Shown here: in pieces, positions 1 to 13,700 of the stretch
How positions within the stretch are numbered: the first letter of the stretch is position 1
How the letters are laid out: each line of letters begins with the position of its first letter
IMG/VR virus record: IMGVR_UViG_3300025401_000648
From: a virus
Taxonomy: Duplodnaviria; Caudoviricetes
Length of the DNA stretch: 64,000 nucleotides
Direction: 5' to 3' (one strand)
Translations under genes and position numbers: made by a program
The notes under the pieces: model-generated
Databases searched by the model: none
What the model was told of the DNA's origin: nothing
What the model saw: the letters and a program-made list of their open reading frames with translations, nothing else

Positions 1-450
1 AGTACTATATCAGGAGCCGTGGTGGTAACTGGCGGTGTAGGTATTGGTGGGGATGTCTATATGGCCGGTACCCTAAATGCGGAACATATCCAAATAGCTC
101 ACGCTGTTTTTGATACATCGGCAACTATAGTCACAACAGCATTGCCTGCCTTGATTGATTCTTATCCTGTAACACAATTTAGAAGCGCAAAATATCTAGT
201 CCAAATAGATGATACAAACAATAATAGTTACCAAGTAAGTGAACTATTGATGCTAGTGGCCAACACTGGCACAGGTTGGTATGGTACTAGCCTGCTTGAA
301 TACGGTATTAATACCAATGGAGGTGAAATCGGACAATTTAGTAGCCAGGTAAATACTGCTACGAACCCGCCGACAGCTGAATTATATATAACCATGTACG
401 GTCAATCATACAAAACTGTCCAGGTTCTAAGAACTGCGATTACACCTTAA
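1..450 (+). CDS. Tail-fibre/virion structural protein, C-terminal part (5' truncated by window)
   Basis: Frame open from base 1 ([17 protein letters not shown]...); GGVGIGG motif and C-terminal FRSAKYLVQ domain also seen at the end of the next ORF (YRTARYTVQ). Confidence 0.7.
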   Translation, partial: STISGAVVVTGGVGIGGDVYMAGTLNAEHIQIAHAVFDTSATIVTTALPALIDSYPVTQFRSAKYLVQIDDTNNNSYQVSELLMLVANTGTGWYGTSLLEYGINTNGGEIGQFSSQVNTATNPPTAELYITMYGQSYKTVQVLRTAITP

Positions 451-461
451 CGGAAAATACT

Positions 462-3362
462 GTGGCAATAATTCCTGCTAGTCAAGACTTTATAATTAAG
501 AACGGTTTAATTGTCTTAGGACAAAACCCTGTTACAGACTCACAAAATCAAATTGGAGCGTTGCAAGCCTATGGCGGCGCGGCAATTGCACAAAACTTAA
601 TTGTAGGAACAACTGGTACATTTGGCGATGCATTATTTGTAACTACAACTGCCACGATTGGTTTAGATTTATCTGTAGGTGCTGGTGCAAACATTAGTCA
701 AGGATTGATAGTAAGCGGCCCTGCATCTTTTGGTGGTACTGTTAGTGTACAAAATACTACAACACTACAAGATTTAACTGTACAAGGTGCATTAAATGTT
801 GCAGGGGGTATTTCTCTAACTGGCGCACTAAATTTTAGTGGGACTAGTACGTTCTCGCAAAATCTTATTGTCGACAGTACTTTATCTAGTATTACAACAA
901 TAACATCCAATGCCATATATGTAGCAGGTGGTATTGGCATTGAGAACAATTTAGTTGTAGGTGGGCCTGTTTTATTTAAAGACACTGTAACATTCAATGG
1001 TACTGCTACCAATGTACTGTCTTCAAACACTTACTATACTGATAACCTACTTGAACTTCATGTACCAAATGCGGGTGTATACACGCCGTGGGCGTTTGAT
1101 GACGGGAAAGACATTGGATTTAGGTTCCATTACTTTAACGGCACAGATACAAATGCCGCACTTGTGCTGGCCAATGATACAAAATATTTAGAATGGTATA
1201 ATACTGGTGCAGAAAGCACATTAAGTAATTTTACCAGTGCAACTTACGGCACATTTAAAACTGGTGCAATTAAACTTGTATCTGGAAAGCCAAGTTTAGG
1301 CAGTACTAATACTGGAGATTTAACTGTTGTTGGTGGCGTTGGCATATGGCGTGATTTAACTGTCGGATCAACTGCAACAATTTCTGGCCCACTAACTGTT
1401 AATAGTTCTGCAACAATAACAGGTAATTTAACAGTAAATGGTTCAATATTTGGTACAGTTACTACAGCTACATTTGCTAATTCTGCAAATACTGCAACAA
1501 ACTTGGCAGGTGGAGCCTACGGTAGTTTACCATATCAGAGTAATACTGGTACTACAGCATTTTTACCAATTGGTGCCAACGGTACTTTATTAACTGTTGT
1601 TGCGAATTCATTAACATGGGCAAGTGCTAGTGGATCCACTGTTGGATTTGCGTTAACTTCTACAAACTTATTAGCAGGTACCGCAGGTGCTGTGCCGTTC
1701 CAAGCATCGCCCGGTGTAACAGCATTTGATGGCGCTAACTTTTATTATACAAATTCTGGAACTACAACTGCTACGTTAAATGTAGAAAACTTATCTATAT
1801 TTGGTTCTACACCAGGCACATTTACCGGAACAGGCGCACTGTCTGTAACAGGCGGTGCCTATTTTGGCAAACAAGTTTATATCAACGGAACTAGTACAGG
1901 TGCGTTAACTGTTGTTGGAGCATCAAGTTTTGGTGGAACCGTTACCTTAACTGGCTCAATTAATGGAGTATCTACTGGCTTAGGTACATTAGTTTTAACA
2001 AACGGTGGTATATATGCACGCCAAGATTTGTATTCTGGCGGCACTGTTACTGGTGAAAATTTACAAGATAGAACACTGGGTGGTAATAATTTAGTTTATT
2101 CTGATGTTTCTGGATTCTTACAAAACGCACAGCCATACTATAACACATTAACAAACATTATTGTTGGTACAATTACACAAGCCAACAATTTAACCGGCGG
2201 CTCAACCGGAGCAATTCCTTTCCAAAGTACCTCATCATCAACAACATTTGATATCGGTAACTTGTATTATTCATCTAGTACATTGTTCACACCATCATTA
2301 AATGTAGCAACATCGGCTACAATTGGTGGAAACCTGTATGTTGATGGAACAATTTTTATTCAAGGCGTTGGCGTTGAAACAATTACCAGCACTACTGGAT
2401 CGTTTAGAGATGTAGTTTCTACTGGTACAATCTATGCAAATAATATCACTGCCACTGATGTTTTTGCAGTAATTGGTACATTTACTAATTTAACAATATC
2501 AAATACTTTAACATCTAATGATGTACAATCCACGACATTAGAAGTTAGCGGACAAACTACTTTAGGTAATACAACTGCTACCAACGTAACAGTTACCAAC
2601 TTAACTGTTACTGGGTTATCCACTATTGGATCCATTGGATTTACCAACGCTACTGCAAATAACTTAACTGTTACCAATGTATTGACTGTGGGTAGCTTGA
2701 TAACTGCAACTAATGCAGTGTTTACAGGTACTGTAAACATGTCAGGATTGACAGTTACAAACACAATCAACGGCAATTACATAATTGGCAATTACTTGCA
2801 GTCCAACGGCAGTGCATTAATTAACAATACATTATCTGTAGTGAATACTGCTACAGTTGGCAGTGTAATTTCTACCAGTACGCAAGATGCCATTTCTACA
2901 ACCACTGGCAGTATTGTAAGTTCTGGTGGAATTGCTATCGCAAAGAGCATATATGCCGGCGGCCCAATAACTGTTGGTACTACACTATCTGCCCCTGGAA
3001 ATGTAGTTCCTGCGTTATACAGCAATAATACCGTAGTAGCCAGTTATACAAGTAATACAATAAGCGGTTCAAGCCCTGTTAACTTGGATAGTTATAATGC
3101 AACTACATATAGAACAGCTAGATATACTGTTCAAGTAGTAGATCAAGTCAACGTCTCAACTACCAGCTGTCATATTACAGAATTAACTGTGTTCCACGAT
3201 GGTGTAAACGTCTATATAAACGAGTACGGTACTAGTACGAACAACGGGGAACTTGGCGGATTTGGTGCCAATTTAGTAAGCGGACAAGTTGTACTAACCT
3301 TTACGCCAGTCAGCGCAACGTCGATGACAATCAAAGTTGTTAGATTTGGTATAACAGCCTAA
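462..3362 (+). CDS. Large Thr/Gly-rich tail-fibre-like virion protein (966 aa)
   Basis: GTG start; DFIIKNGL N-terminus similar to NFKVKNGL of the next ORF; repeated GGxGI and GAxPFQS modules; YRTARYTVQ C-terminal domain. Confidence 0.75.
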   Translation: MAIIPASQDFIIKNGLIVLGQNPVTDSQNQIGALQAYGGAAIAQNLIVGTTGTFGDALFVTTTATIGLDLSVGAGANISQGLIVSGPASFGGTVSVQNTTTLQDLTVQGALNVAGGISLTGALNFSGTSTFSQNLIVDSTLSSITTITSNAIYVAGGIGIENNLVVGGPVLFKDTVTFNGTATNVLSSNTYYTDNLLELHVPNAGVYTPWAFDDGKDIGFRFHYFNGTDTNAALVLANDTKYLEWYNTGAESTLSNFTSATYGTFKTGAIKLVSGKPSLGSTNTGDLTVVGGVGIWRDLTVGSTATISGPLTVNSSATITGNLTVNGSIFGTVTTATFANSANTATNLAGGAYGSLPYQSNTGTTAFLPIGANGTLLTVVANSLTWASASGSTVGFALTSTNLLAGTAGAVPFQASPGVTAFDGANFYYTNSGTTTATLNVENLSIFGSTPGTFTGTGALSVTGGAYFGKQVYINGTSTGALTVVGASSFGGTVTLTGSINGVSTGLGTLVLTNGGIYARQDLYSGGTVTGENLQDRTLGGNNLVYSDVSGFLQNAQPYYNTLTNIIVGTITQANNLTGGSTGAIPFQSTSSSTTFDIGNLYYSSSTLFTPSLNVATSATIGGNLYVDGTIFIQGVGVETITSTTGSFRDVVSTGTIYANNITATDVFAVIGTFTNLTISNTLTSNDVQSTTLEVSGQTTLGNTTATNVTVTNLTVTGLSTIGSIGFTNATANNLTVTNVLTVGSLITATNAVFTGTVNMSGLTVTNTINGNYIIGNYLQSNGSALINNTLSVVNTATVGSVISTSTQDAISTTTGSIVSSGGIAIAKSIYAGGPITVGTTLSAPGNVVPALYSNNTVVASYTSNTISGSSPVNLDSYNATTYRTARYTVQVVDQVNVSTTSCHITELTVFHDGVNVYINEYGTSTNNGELGGFGANLVSGQVVLTFTPVSATSMTIKVVRFGITA

Positions 3363-3382
3363 CCACATTTTCCTTTTCACGC

Positions 3383-3423
3383 TAAATATAGCGTAACCAG
3401 CCGTTACGTGGAAAGGGAAACTA
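3383..3423 (+). promoter_or_regulatory. Late promoter TAAATA, leader hairpin and SD for the 2435-aa fibre gene
   Basis: TAAATA 3383-3388; GCGTAAC/GTTACGT stem 3391-3409; AAGGGA before ATG 3424. Confidence 0.55.
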
Positions 3424-6400
3424 ATGGCAACCATAGAAAATAATTTTAAGGTCAAAAATGGCCTTATCGTCAGTACCACAGCATCAATTTTAAGCACTGC
3501 TTCCAATGCCTTAACGGTCTCGGGCGGCGCAAATATAGGTGGGAATTTAGTTGTTCAAGGTTCAGTACAAGTAAATGGTACTGTAACTTCTATTGAAAGT
3601 ACCAGCGTTGACATCGGTACAAACGTAGTATATCTAAGTACACTATCCACTGTATCAGCATTACAAGCAATTGGATCAGGAATAGTAGTTGGTACAGATC
3701 CAAATAATACCACAAATACACAAACTTGGATAAGTTTAACCTTTGATGGATCCTCAAATTGGGCATCCAAGGGCGGAATTTATCCTAGCACAAATAATTT
3801 TTACGGATTAGGCTCAAATTCTAATGCCTGGTCTAGTCTTTATGTTCAAACCGTAGTAATTAAAGGGTTAACTACAACAACAAACGGGATAATGTACGTT
3901 GATGCCAGCGGAACATTACGTACAACCACTGCTACTTGGAACGCAGGAACTGGTCAAATTCAAGGTTCTATCACCACTGCTACAACTGCAACTTACGCAG
4001 GGAATTTACTGGGCGGTACTGTTGGTGCTGTTCCATATCAAAGTAATATTAATCAAACAACATTACTGCCAATTGGTATGGAAGGGCAAGTACTTGCTGT
4101 TAGCACCAGTACTGGATTACCATATTGGGCTTCTTTAGTTGGCGTTACAGTTAGTACAGCCACAAACTTTAGCGGTGGCGGTGTAGGAGCAATTCCTTTC
4201 CAGTTGGCATCTGGCCAAACAACATTTGATGATTTTTACTTTAGATATTCATATCCAGGTAGTACAGCATCTTTGTTAGTCACACAGAATATTACGGTAC
4301 AAAGTGGATCAAGTGCTACTAGTCAAGTAACGGGCGCACTACAAGTTACGGGTGGTGTAGGTGTCACAGGAGCAATATACGCAGGAAATATTTACAGCAA
4401 CGGTAGTGCTGTTCTAAGTAGTACAGGAACAAATACTGGCTATGTCAGTGCTGTTCTTGGCGGTGTAGATATTAGTGTTAGTACAACTACGGGTGTTGTA
4501 ACAGTCAGTGATACTAGCACTTTGCAAAGTGTTACTGGACGTGGAAATAGTACAACTAACGTTGTTAAAATTTTAAACACATCGGCAAGTTTTAGTACAC
4601 AATCTGGAGCATTAATTGTTACCGGCGGTGTTGGCATTGGTGGAACTGTTTATGCTGGAACAATGTACAGTAACGGCAACCAAGTTCTTACCAGCGGTGG
4701 TGGTGGAAGTGGCTATGTAAGTAGCGTAACTGCTGGTACAGATACAGCCGTGACTACCAGTACTGGTGCTGTGGTTGTGTATAGTACTGCAACATTGCAA
4801 AGTATTACTGGCAGAAGCAATACTACAACATTCCCTATCTATGCCGGACAATTATACGACAACAATAATAGAGTTGTTACAAACGTAAACCCAGTAAATG
4901 GCACAGCAATTAGTATCACTAACGTAACATCTACTGGTACAGCAACAACATTTACAATTAATAACTTAGGTGTAACAACTTTAACTACTGGTAGTACTGG
5001 TATTAGTGTTAGTACAAGCACTGGTTCTGTCTCAATTAGTAACACTGATACCTTACAATTAGTAACTAGTAGGGGTAACAGCACTAATCAACAAATTATC
5101 ATTACTAATACATTATCAAACACAAGTTCTGTTGCTAACAATGCGTTATACGTTGCTGGCGGAATTGGTGCTAATGGTGGATTTAACGTAAACGGAAACA
5201 GCGTATTAACTGGTAATTTGTATGTAACCGGCTTCATTACTGGTACTAATATCTCATTGAATACACTAGTTGCTACCAGTGGTACATTCTACGGAAATGC
5301 TATTGGTGCTAATGCGTTATATGCTGGGGTATTAAGCCCTTATGATCAGTTTAGTCAAACAATTTTCCAAGCCACTGCTAATTATAACGGTTACATGCAA
5401 ATTAGTGTTCAGAATGAAAATTCTGGAAACCAAGCAAGTACAGACATTGTAGCAAACGCTGATATTGGCACAGACAGTACTGGGTATATCGATATGGGTA
5501 TTACCAGCAGTTTATGGGACGGTACTCAATTATATAGCGTTGGAACTGCGGCGGGCAAAACAGACGGATACTTACTGGTTGGCCAAAATCCTACAGTTGG
5601 ACGTGGCAATCTAGTTTTAGCCACATCAACTACTGGCTCAAATATTAAATTTTTAGTAGCGGCGCCTAATACAGTAACAACACCAACCCCCGCGCAAGTA
5701 GCGATGGTCGTTAACTCCGTAGGTACCGCTAGCACAAGTACAAGTAACGGAACATTAGTTGTTTATGGCGGGGTTGGCATTGGCGGCACTGTTAACGTTG
5801 GCGGGAACATCTATGTCAATGGCAATGCTGTATTAACTGGCAGTGGAACTGGCACTTCCTATGTAACTAGTGTAAACGCAGGTACAGATACAGCAGTAAC
5901 TACAAGTACAGGAAATATAATTGTTTATAGTACTGCTACTTTACAAAGTTTAACCAACAGAAGTAACTCTACAACAAATGCAATCTATGCTAATGGGTTG
6001 TACGACACTAACGGTAGAGTTGTTACAAGCGTAACCCCGTCTGGTAGCACATACATTAGTGTTTCAAATGTAGTAACTACTGGCACAGCAACATCATTTA
6101 CAATTAACAATTTAGGTGTAACTAATCTTTCTGGAAGTTTGAATTTAGGAGCATCAAATAGTACTGGTTCTATTACATTAACTAACTTGGGTGTAACTGC
6201 TACCATAGCAGGAACAGCAATTAGTGTAAGTACAAATACAGGTTCAGTTACTATTACAAACTTGGGTGTGACTGCTACAATTGCAAGCACCTATATTGGC
6301 GTAAGCTCAAATACAGGTAGCGTAACTATTACTAACTTAGGTGTTCAAACACTGACAGCTGGTACAGATACTGTAGTAACATCAAATACTGGCACCGTAA

Positions 6401-9400
6401 CAGTTTACAACACAAGTACATTACAGAGTGTGACTAATCGTGGTGCAACTACTACTAACGCAATTAACATTACAAATGCTACACAAAGTACTAGCTCTAC
6501 CACAGGCGCATTGACTGTTACTGGTGGAGTGGGAGTACAGGGCAATATTTACGGTGGCTTAATTTACAGTAATGGGCAACAAGTATTAACATCTGGTGGT
6601 GGTGGCGGCACAGGATATGTCATTAGCATAGTTGCTGGTACTGATACAGCAGTTAGTACAAGTTCTGGTAATATTGTAATTTGGGACACAAGTACTTTTC
6701 AAAGTGTTACCGGTCGTGGAGCAACTACTACAAATATTGTTTATATTACTAATGCCACACAATCAAGCAGTTCACAAACAGGCGCTTTACAAGTAACTGG
6801 TGGGGTTGGGGTACAAGGTAATTTAAATGTTGGCGGAAGTATCACAGCGTCAACTATCACTGCTCAAACATTGATAGTTGCTTATACTACAGTAACACAA
6901 ACACTTGTTACCAGTCCAGATATATTCACAATCACCAATACTACAACATCTATTTCGTCAACAACAGGTGCTCTAGTAGTATCGGGTGGTGTTGGTGTTG
7001 GCGGTAACTTAAATGTATTTGGCACTATTACTAGAAATGGTATCACTGTTGGCTATGGTTATAGCGGAAGTTTTGGATACACGGGTAGTCAAGGATACAC
7101 TGGTAGCCAAGGTTACGCTGGCAGTGCCGGTTATAACGGAAGTGTTGGTTATTATGGATCTGTTGGATACACTGGAAGTCAGGGATACGCAGGTAGTCAA
7201 GGTTATGCCGGCAGCGCAGGATACACTGGTAGTGCTGGCTATAATGGTAGTGTAGGATATACTGGATCACAGGGCTATGCTGGATCAGCTGGATATAATG
7301 GAAGTGCTGGCTATAATGGTAGCGTAGGATATACTGGTAGTCAAGGATATGCTGGATCAGCTGGTTATAATGGAAGTGTTGGTTACACTGGTAGTACTGG
7401 GCCACAAGGACCACAGGGCTATACTGGATCAATGGGCTATTGGGGCAGTGTTGGCTACACAGGTAGTCTTGGATATTCTGGTAGTGTAGGGTACACTGGA
7501 TCACTTGGTCCACAAGGTCCACAGGGTTACAGTGGTTCAATGGGCTATTGGGGTAGTGTCGGATATACAGGTAGTGTAGGCGCACAGGGTCCACAGGGCT
7601 ATACTGGATCAATAGGACCACAAGGCCCACAGGGATATACAGGAAGTATTGGCCCGCAAGGACCGCAGGGATATACAGGAAGTATTGGCCCACAAGGACC
7701 GCAGGGATATACAGGAAGTATTGGCCCACAAGGACCGCAGGGATATACTGGTAGTATTGGCTATTCAGGTAGCGCGGGTTATTGGGGTAGTGTGGGTTAC
7801 ACAGGTAGCATTGGGTATGCCGGATCTGTTGGTTATTCAGGTAGTGTAGGCTATACCGGATCAATTGGTCCACAAGGACCACAAGGTTATACTGGTAGCA
7901 TTGGCTATTCAGGTAGTGCTGGACCAAGCAACATTATCAATGCTACAAGCACAGCTTCTGGCACCTTATATCCTGTGATGGTTGGCACAATTGGTAGCAA
8001 TCAAACCGCTTATGCTACAACAAACCTTTCATATAATGCCGCCACAAATAGCATTTATATTGCTGGTGATTTGTATATTGACGGACAACAAACTTACATT
8101 AATAAAACAAACTTAGCTACAGGCGATGCTACCTTAACATTTAGCACAAGTAGTGCTAGTGCGGCCACTGCGGCTAACAGCGGAATACAAGTTGGTACAA
8201 CAAGTACACCTTACGCATCATTCTTATACGATGGTAGTGCCAACTGGGTAGTTGGTGGCAGTGCGGCATCTGGATTAAAAGCTGCAAACATTACTGATAC
8301 AGGGTTGTCGGCCAACCAAGTTACTTATGCTGGCACAGGCGGCCTATTGAGCGGAAGTAATAATTTAACATGGAACGGGACCACACTAACAGTAACAGGA
8401 ACATTGAGTGTGGGCGGCACTGTGAGTCTTACACAGCCTACACCAATAAACTTTGCCAACGGTCAATACATAAAAGACAACGGCAGTGGTGGATTCGTTC
8501 AATATAGTGGTGCTGCATTTAATATCAATGCTGTTGGAGGCATCACAATGTCTCCAACATCCACCAGTTATGCTCAACAACAAGGGGCACTGCTCAGTGT
8601 AAATGGCGGTGCTTATGTTAACGGAACCACAACTTCTACAAATTTCTATTCTACAACTGGTGCTACAAACCCAGGTGCTAGTACAGCAGGTTTTGGTCAT
8701 GTTGCTAACGGCGCATACGGCGGTGGATATCTATTAGTTGACGGAACCTATAATTGGGGTATTTGGGACGTCACTGGTGTTTTAGAAATTGGTAATGGCA
8801 CATCAGGTGGTGCGCTAACACCAAGATTATATATCACGCCAACTGGTGGTATTGCATTCACTTCAACAACTGGTTATGGAACTGCTGGTCAGTACCTAAT
8901 GAGTAACGGCAATGCATCTCCTTCTTGGAACACAATCAGCGTGTCAACTGTTAACTTGACACAAACTTCCAGTGGCGCTACACCGCAATATATGGTATTT
9001 GCCAATACATCAACTGGTTCGGCAACACTAGAAGCTAACGGACCAACTGGATTAGTTTATATTCCTACTGGTAACAAGTTTGGTATTGGTACAAGTGCGC
9101 CTGCGGACACTGACAGTTACGGCGGCAATAATGTACTAGACGTCTACGGTCCCGTATACATGAGACAGAACGGCAGCGCTGGCAACCGTATGAGTATGGG
9201 TGTCAGCGGAGGTATTGCCTACGTTGACGTTACTACTGGTTTGGGTATGCAGACACAGATATCTGGTGGTACTGTGATGAATTTAGATACCAGCGGTAAT
9301 CTACAAATTAGTGCCAACTGGACAGCACCACAACAAGGCGCTAAACTCAGTGTTCAAGGTGGTGGTTATTTCAGTAGTATTGTTACTGCTACAACATTCG

Positions 9401-10731
9401 TTGGCGCATTTAGTGGCGGTGTCAGTCAAGTTCAAACTCAGGCCAATGCCGCTAACGCAACTAACTACTTGACGTTTGTTAGTGCTAATAACGCAAGTCC
9501 ATCAGCACAGTCAGTATATACTACTAGTACCCATGTTATCAACCCAAGTACTGGTTATATAGGTATTGGTACTAGTAATCTTGTTTCGCCATTAAACGTA
9601 TATGCCACTCAGGCATTGGGTGGCACTGCTGGCAACTATACTCCAGTATTGTCAACGCAAGCAAGTGGCGGTACTAGCAACAATGTGTACTTTCAAGAAT
9701 GGCGTACTAGAGCTAGTGCTGGTACAGATTGGACAACAGAAAAAATTACCCACGGAGTTTGGGTTGATGCTTCGTTCACTACTCCTGCTACAAGTTTAAC
9801 TTGGCACGAACGATATCCTAACGCAGGCACGCAGGCATGGGGTAATGGCGCATCTACCTTTATGTTCCTTAATGGCAGCGGGTATTTGGGTCTGGGTATA
9901 ACTAACCCAAGTTATCAATTGGTTGTATCTAATGCTGGTGCCGCTGGTATAGAAATCAGCCCAACTAGTGGTATTAACAGCGGCGGATTCGTACAGGCCT
10001 ATAATAGATCCACATCAGCGTATTTTGATTTAACATATTATGCTACGGCTCATCATTGGACCAATGGCAATACTGAAGTTTTACGATTAACTAGTGCTGG
10101 TCAATTAACCTTAGGAACTACTAGCCCATATACAACTGGCGGTACAGCGGCTCTAACAGTCTATGACGCAGGCGCAGGTAGCAGTCCTTCCATTGCTGTT
10201 GGCGCAAGTAGCAGTGATGAAATGTATGTGAGAAGATTGTCAGCTGGTAACTATCAACTACAATCTGTACAGTCTGGTGGCAATGCGGGTAGTATACAAC
10301 TACAGCCCTATGGCGGTGGCGTATTAATTGGTACAGCCACTCCTGGAAGTTACACACTACAGGTTGTTGGCAGTTTTGCGGCTTCAACCAAATCTTTCGT
10401 AATTGAACATCCAACACGTCCAGGATACGACCTACGTTATGGTAGTTTAGAAGGACCAGAAAACGGTGTTTATGTACGCGGCAGACTAAAGGGCAATAGG
10501 ATTGAACTTCCAGAATACTGGACTAAATTAGTCGATCCTGACTCAATTACTGTAAACTTGACCCCAGTAGGCAAACATCAAAAATTATATGTTGAAGAAA
10601 TTAAAGACAATGTGATTATCATAGGTAATGATAACTTGTTTGGTAAAACTGTAGACTGCTTCTACACAGTGTTTGGCGAACGCTGTGATGTTGAAAAACT
10701 GGTAGTTGAAATCCAAAAACCACAAGTTTAA
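3424..10731 (+). CDS. Giant tail-fibre protein with collagen-like segment (2435 aa)
   Basis: Repeated [12 protein letters not shown] and TITNLGVT modules; about 290-aa Gly-X-Y block; GIGT motifs; C-terminal SFVIEHP...[14 protein letters not shown] domain typical of phage fibres. Confidence 0.8.
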   Translation: MATIENNFKVKNGLIVSTTASILSTASNALTVSGGANIGGNLVVQGSVQVNGTVTSIESTSVDIGTNVVYLSTLSTVSALQAIGSGIVVGTDPNNTTNTQTWISLTFDGSSNWASKGGIYPSTNNFYGLGSNSNAWSSLYVQTVVIKGLTTTTNGIMYVDASGTLRTTTATWNAGTGQIQGSITTATTATYAGNLLGGTVGAVPYQSNINQTTLLPIGMEGQVLAVSTSTGLPYWASLVGVTVSTATNFSGGGVGAIPFQLASGQTTFDDFYFRYSYPGSTASLLVTQNITVQSGSSATSQVTGALQVTGGVGVTGAIYAGNIYSNGSAVLSSTGTNTGYVSAVLGGVDISVSTTTGVVTVSDTSTLQSVTGRGNSTTNVVKILNTSASFSTQSGALIVTGGVGIGGTVYAGTMYSNGNQVLTSGGGGSGYVSSVTAGTDTAVTTSTGAVVVYSTATLQSITGRSNTTTFPIYAGQLYDNNNRVVTNVNPVNGTAISITNVTSTGTATTFTINNLGVTTLTTGSTGISVSTSTGSVSISNTDTLQLVTSRGNSTNQQIIITNTLSNTSSVANNALYVAGGIGANGGFNVNGNSVLTGNLYVTGFITGTNISLNTLVATSGTFYGNAIGANALYAGVLSPYDQFSQTIFQATANYNGYMQISVQNENSGNQASTDIVANADIGTDSTGYIDMGITSSLWDGTQLYSVGTAAGKTDGYLLVGQNPTVGRGNLVLATSTTGSNIKFLVAAPNTVTTPTPAQVAMVVNSVGTASTSTSNGTLVVYGGVGIGGTVNVGGNIYVNGNAVLTGSGTGTSYVTSVNAGTDTAVTTSTGNIIVYSTATLQSLTNRSNSTTNAIYANGLYDTNGRVVTSVTPSGSTYISVSNVVTTGTATSFTINNLGVTNLSGSLNLGASNSTGSITLTNLGVTATIAGTAISVSTNTGSVTITNLGVTATIASTYIGVSSNTGSVTITNLGVQTLTAGTDTVVTSNTGTVTVYNTSTLQSVTNRGATTTNAINITNATQSTSSTTGALTVTGGVGVQGNIYGGLIYSNGQQVLTSGGGGGTGYVISIVAGTDTAVSTSSGNIVIWDTSTFQSVTGRGATTTNIVYITNATQSSSSQTGALQVTGGVGVQGNLNVGGSITASTITAQTLIVAYTTVTQTLVTSPDIFTITNTTTSISSTTGALVVSGGVGVGGNLNVFGTITRNGITVGYGYSGSFGYTGSQGYTGSQGYAGSAGYNGSVGYYGSVGYTGSQGYAGSQGYAGSAGYTGSAGYNGSVGYTGSQGYAGSAGYNGSAGYNGSVGYTGSQGYAGSAGYNGSVGYTGSTGPQGPQGYTGSMGYWGSVGYTGSLGYSGSVGYTGSLGPQGPQGYSGSMGYWGSVGYTGSVGAQGPQGYTGSIGPQGPQGYTGSIGPQGPQGYTGSIGPQGPQGYTGSIGPQGPQGYTGSIGYSGSAGYWGSVGYTGSIGYAGSVGYSGSVGYTGSIGPQGPQGYTGSIGYSGSAGPSNIINATSTASGTLYPVMVGTIGSNQTAYATTNLSYNAATNSIYIAGDLYIDGQQTYINKTNLATGDATLTFSTSSASAATAANSGIQVGTTSTPYASFLYDGSANWVVGGSAASGLKAANITDTGLSANQVTYAGTGGLLSGSNNLTWNGTTLTVTGTLSVGGTVSLTQPTPINFANGQYIKDNGSGGFVQYSGAAFNINAVGGITMSPTSTSYAQQQGALLSVNGGAYVNGTTTSTNFYSTTGATNPGASTAGFGHVANGAYGGGYLLVDGTYNWGIWDVTGVLEIGNGTSGGALTPRLYITPTGGIAFTSTTGYGTAGQYLMSNGNASPSWNTISVSTVNLTQTSSGATPQYMVFANTSTGSATLEANGPTGLVYIPTGNKFGIGTSAPADTDSYGGNNVLDVYGPVYMRQNGSAGNRMSMGVSGGIAYVDVTTGLGMQTQISGGTVMNLDTSGNLQISANWTAPQQGAKLSVQGGGYFSSIVTATTFVGAFSGGVSQVQTQANAANATNYLTFVSANNASPSAQSVYTTSTHVINPSTGYIGIGTSNLVSPLNVYATQALGGTAGNYTPVLSTQASGGTSNNVYFQEWRTRASAGTDWTTEKITHGVWVDASFTTPATSLTWHERYPNAGTQAWGNGASTFMFLNGSGYLGLGITNPSYQLVVSNAGAAGIEISPTSGINSGGFVQAYNRSTSAYFDLTYYATAHHWTNGNTEVLRLTSAGQLTLGTTSPYTTGGTAALTVYDAGAGSSPSIAVGASSSDEMYVRRLSAGNYQLQSVQSGGNAGSIQLQPYGGGVLIGTATPGSYTLQVVGSFAASTKSFVIEHPTRPGYDLRYGSLEGPENGVYVRGRLKGNRIELPEYWTKLVDPDSITVNLTPVGKHQKLYVEEIKDNVIIIGNDNLFGKTVDCFYTVFGERCDVEKLVVEIQKPQV
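7051..7923 (+). repeat. Collagen-like coding repeat (GYxGSx and GPQGPQ), including 3 x 36-nt tandem units at 7630-7737
   Basis: Gly every third residue; 36-nt units 2 and 3 identical, unit 1 differs by one base. Confidence 0.95.
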
Positions 10732-10767
10732 CTTTATGGTAAATATAAGACAATATGGAATTAACAA

Positions 10768-13700
10768 ATGGCACTGACCGATAAAGACATTGTAATAACC
10801 CCCAATAAAGGCGCATCTGCCACAACGCCATCCACAATTAACTTTGTGGGAGCAGATGCCAGTAATAGTGCTTCGATAACACTACAGGTATTCAATAATG
10901 GTACTACTGGTATACTGGGATTTTTAGGTAATACCACAGGTAACCCTGCGATGGCTATTACTGATACTGCTACGCAAAAAGTAGCAATTGGTAGCACAGC
11001 TACATCGGGGTCTTACACACTTACTGTGACAGGTACTGCTGGTGCTAGCACAGCCATGTATGCGCCGGTATATTATGATACCCTGGGTAGTGGAGCTTAT
11101 TACATTACATCAGCAGGTACTAGCCACGTACAGGCAATTAGTGCTTTAGGCACTGAAACTAGCACACATGATCCTTATGGTTTAATTGCAGTTACTCGTG
11201 GTACCGGCGCTAACTATTCATATTATGGTTTAACAAGACAATCAAGCGTTGGTATGGGTATAGGTATCGATACCAGCAATAACTTATGGTTTGGTGGAAC
11301 AAGTGGTGGTATTAATGCCACAAGATCCAGTATATATTTTTACACTGATCTTAGTGGTAACGTTTATGCTAACACCAGTTTCCGTGCTCCTACATTTTAT
11401 TCATCCAGCAACTCTGCTTATTATCTAAATCTTAACGCAGCCACTGGAACAATTTTAAGCACTGCGGCCAGCACAGATACATTAGGTTACAATCCCACAT
11501 ACGGCATTTATATTGGTGGCACCCCCAGCGGCGTTTACTTATACAACGGTGGAACTAGTGGTTATCCTAACAGTCCTGTTTGGGTCAAAGGTGGCACTGC
11601 TTATGCTGTGTTAACCAGCGGTAATGTTGGTAGCTATGCTATTGGTACTTCTGGCGGCACAATTACTGGTCAGTTAGATATTAGTTTTAATAACAGCACT
11701 GTTATTTCTACCTATGCCAACGTAGGTAATGCACAACTAAGATTAGATAACCCTACAGGCAGTCAGTCACACATTGTTTGGACTTACAATGGTTCTTTAC
11801 TAGGAACTCAGCGTGTTGATAGTTCAGGCAACATGGTTTTAAATGCCAATAGCAGTAACTTTTATTTTAACAATGATTTAGCAGTAGGGTCATCTATTAA
11901 ATTAGTTGCTGTAAACGCTACATTTTTAACTGCTAATAACAGCGGTAACGTAACATTCCCGCAAAACTTTTATGGCCCAAGATTTTACGATAGTAATAAC
12001 AATGGTTATTATGTAGTGCCTAGTGGAACTTCTGTGTTAAATGCCGCTAACTTTGGTGGCACTGTACAGTTTGGTCCAACTTCTGGTTCAAATTATAATG
12101 AAAACATGCGACTAGTTCGTAGTAGTGCTAACAGTTATGTTAGTATTGCCATGGCAGCAGACACCAGTGGAAGTGGCCAAACTTCTGGGCAATTTACACA
12201 TTTGGTTTATCCTAGCGGAACCAACGGCGGTGCGTTTGCTATTCGTGCTAATAGTACAGATGCTCTACAAATTAGCACGACACCAAACGTAACTATTCCC
12301 ACCGGCGGTTTATATGTATCAACAGGTAATAGCTATGTCTACGGTACAATGTATGATTATCAAAATGCCGCATACTATGTCAAACCCAGTAGCACCAGTA
12401 ACCTAAATATTGGTTATTTTGCTGGATACTTACAAGCATCCACAGTGCTACAGGTTAACGGCAGCGGATTGGCTGTACCAACCAGTTACAAAAACGTACC
12501 TGGCATAACCCCTGGTACAAGCGGCGCCAGTTGGATACGTGGTAGTAGTACTATCATTCAAGCAGGCGCATCAAACACGGACGGCACTGGTTGGGCTTAC
12601 GGCAGCAGATTTTCTAGTGTGGACTACGGTGACGGCTTAGCCACTAGTGTAGACGTATTATATGCGGGTCCTTCATGGACTAACGATGTAATGACATGGA
12701 GTGGTCGTAGCGGACGTATTGGCAACGTTGGTATTAATAACACCGCCCCTACACACAAATTACACATATATACAGGCAATACTGAAGACGGTATTATCAT
12801 TGATGCCAATACATATCCAGAAATCGTGTTTGCTACACAGGGTACCACTAGAGGTTATGTAGCATGGAGTAACGCAAACGGTGGTTATGGAGCAAGTAAC
12901 GCCGGCATGGTTATGCAGTCAACTGGTAACTATACTACATTTATCACGGGCAACGGCAGTTATCAACCATTGATATTAAGTACGAACAATGCCTACTTGA
13001 CTGGCACGCTATATGATAACTCTAACTCTGCTTATTATCTAAAACCCAGTGGTACCAGCAACCTCAGTACGTTATACACATACGAGTTCTTAAAGAGACA
13101 CAACAGATACAACACCGGCGAAGCATACCCAGTAAGCTATCACAGTGATGGTGATCTAGTATGGAGTCTTGATCCAACTTGGGACAACACTGAACTTCAA
13201 ACGTATTTTGGTAACAGCAATGTCAGCTGGGTAGCAGACAGCACAGCACCAGGCGGATATGCTATCAGTATTGTGGGTGGAGTCAACGTGGGTTCAAATA
13301 CCTACGGTTCTGGCTTCCCAATGATTCCAATTGACAGTGTGGACGATATGTTCTACATGGAAGTTTGGATCAGAAACGTTAGCGGCAGTAACGGCCACTA
13401 TATGGGTTCTATTGATTACAACGAAAGTTTTGGTAACCTAGGCGGTAACCCAGGTAGTTACGGTTATTGGGTTATGGTTGGTAATAACCCCGGCTCTAGC
13501 TGGACAAAATACTACGGATATATCACTGGATTCAGCAGTAGTACTTACGGTACATTTAAAACTGGCGCAAAATATTGGACACCACAGGCATTGTTCAATT
13601 ATACTGGTGGCGGAACAACTTATATCAGCGGATGGAAAGTCCTACGTGTAAACCGTCAAACTTCCATGGTTATTAACACACCTAACGGCAGTAGCTCGAC

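Noticed and set aside
698-6290. Many 70-115 aa antisense ORFs in the fibre genes
   Set aside because: Expected shadows of Thr/Gly/Val-rich codon usage, fully nested in long genes.
7043-7927. 294-aa minus-strand ORF over the collagen-like repeat
   Set aside because: Antisense shadow of the Gly-X-Y codon periodicity; no promoter or SD.
10755-10784. Mini-ORF MELTNGTDR upstream of the 2152-aa fibre gene
   Set aside because: The main gene has a normal ATG and the same GGAA(A)TTAACAAATGGC context occurs at 17230; no endonuclease-like residues.
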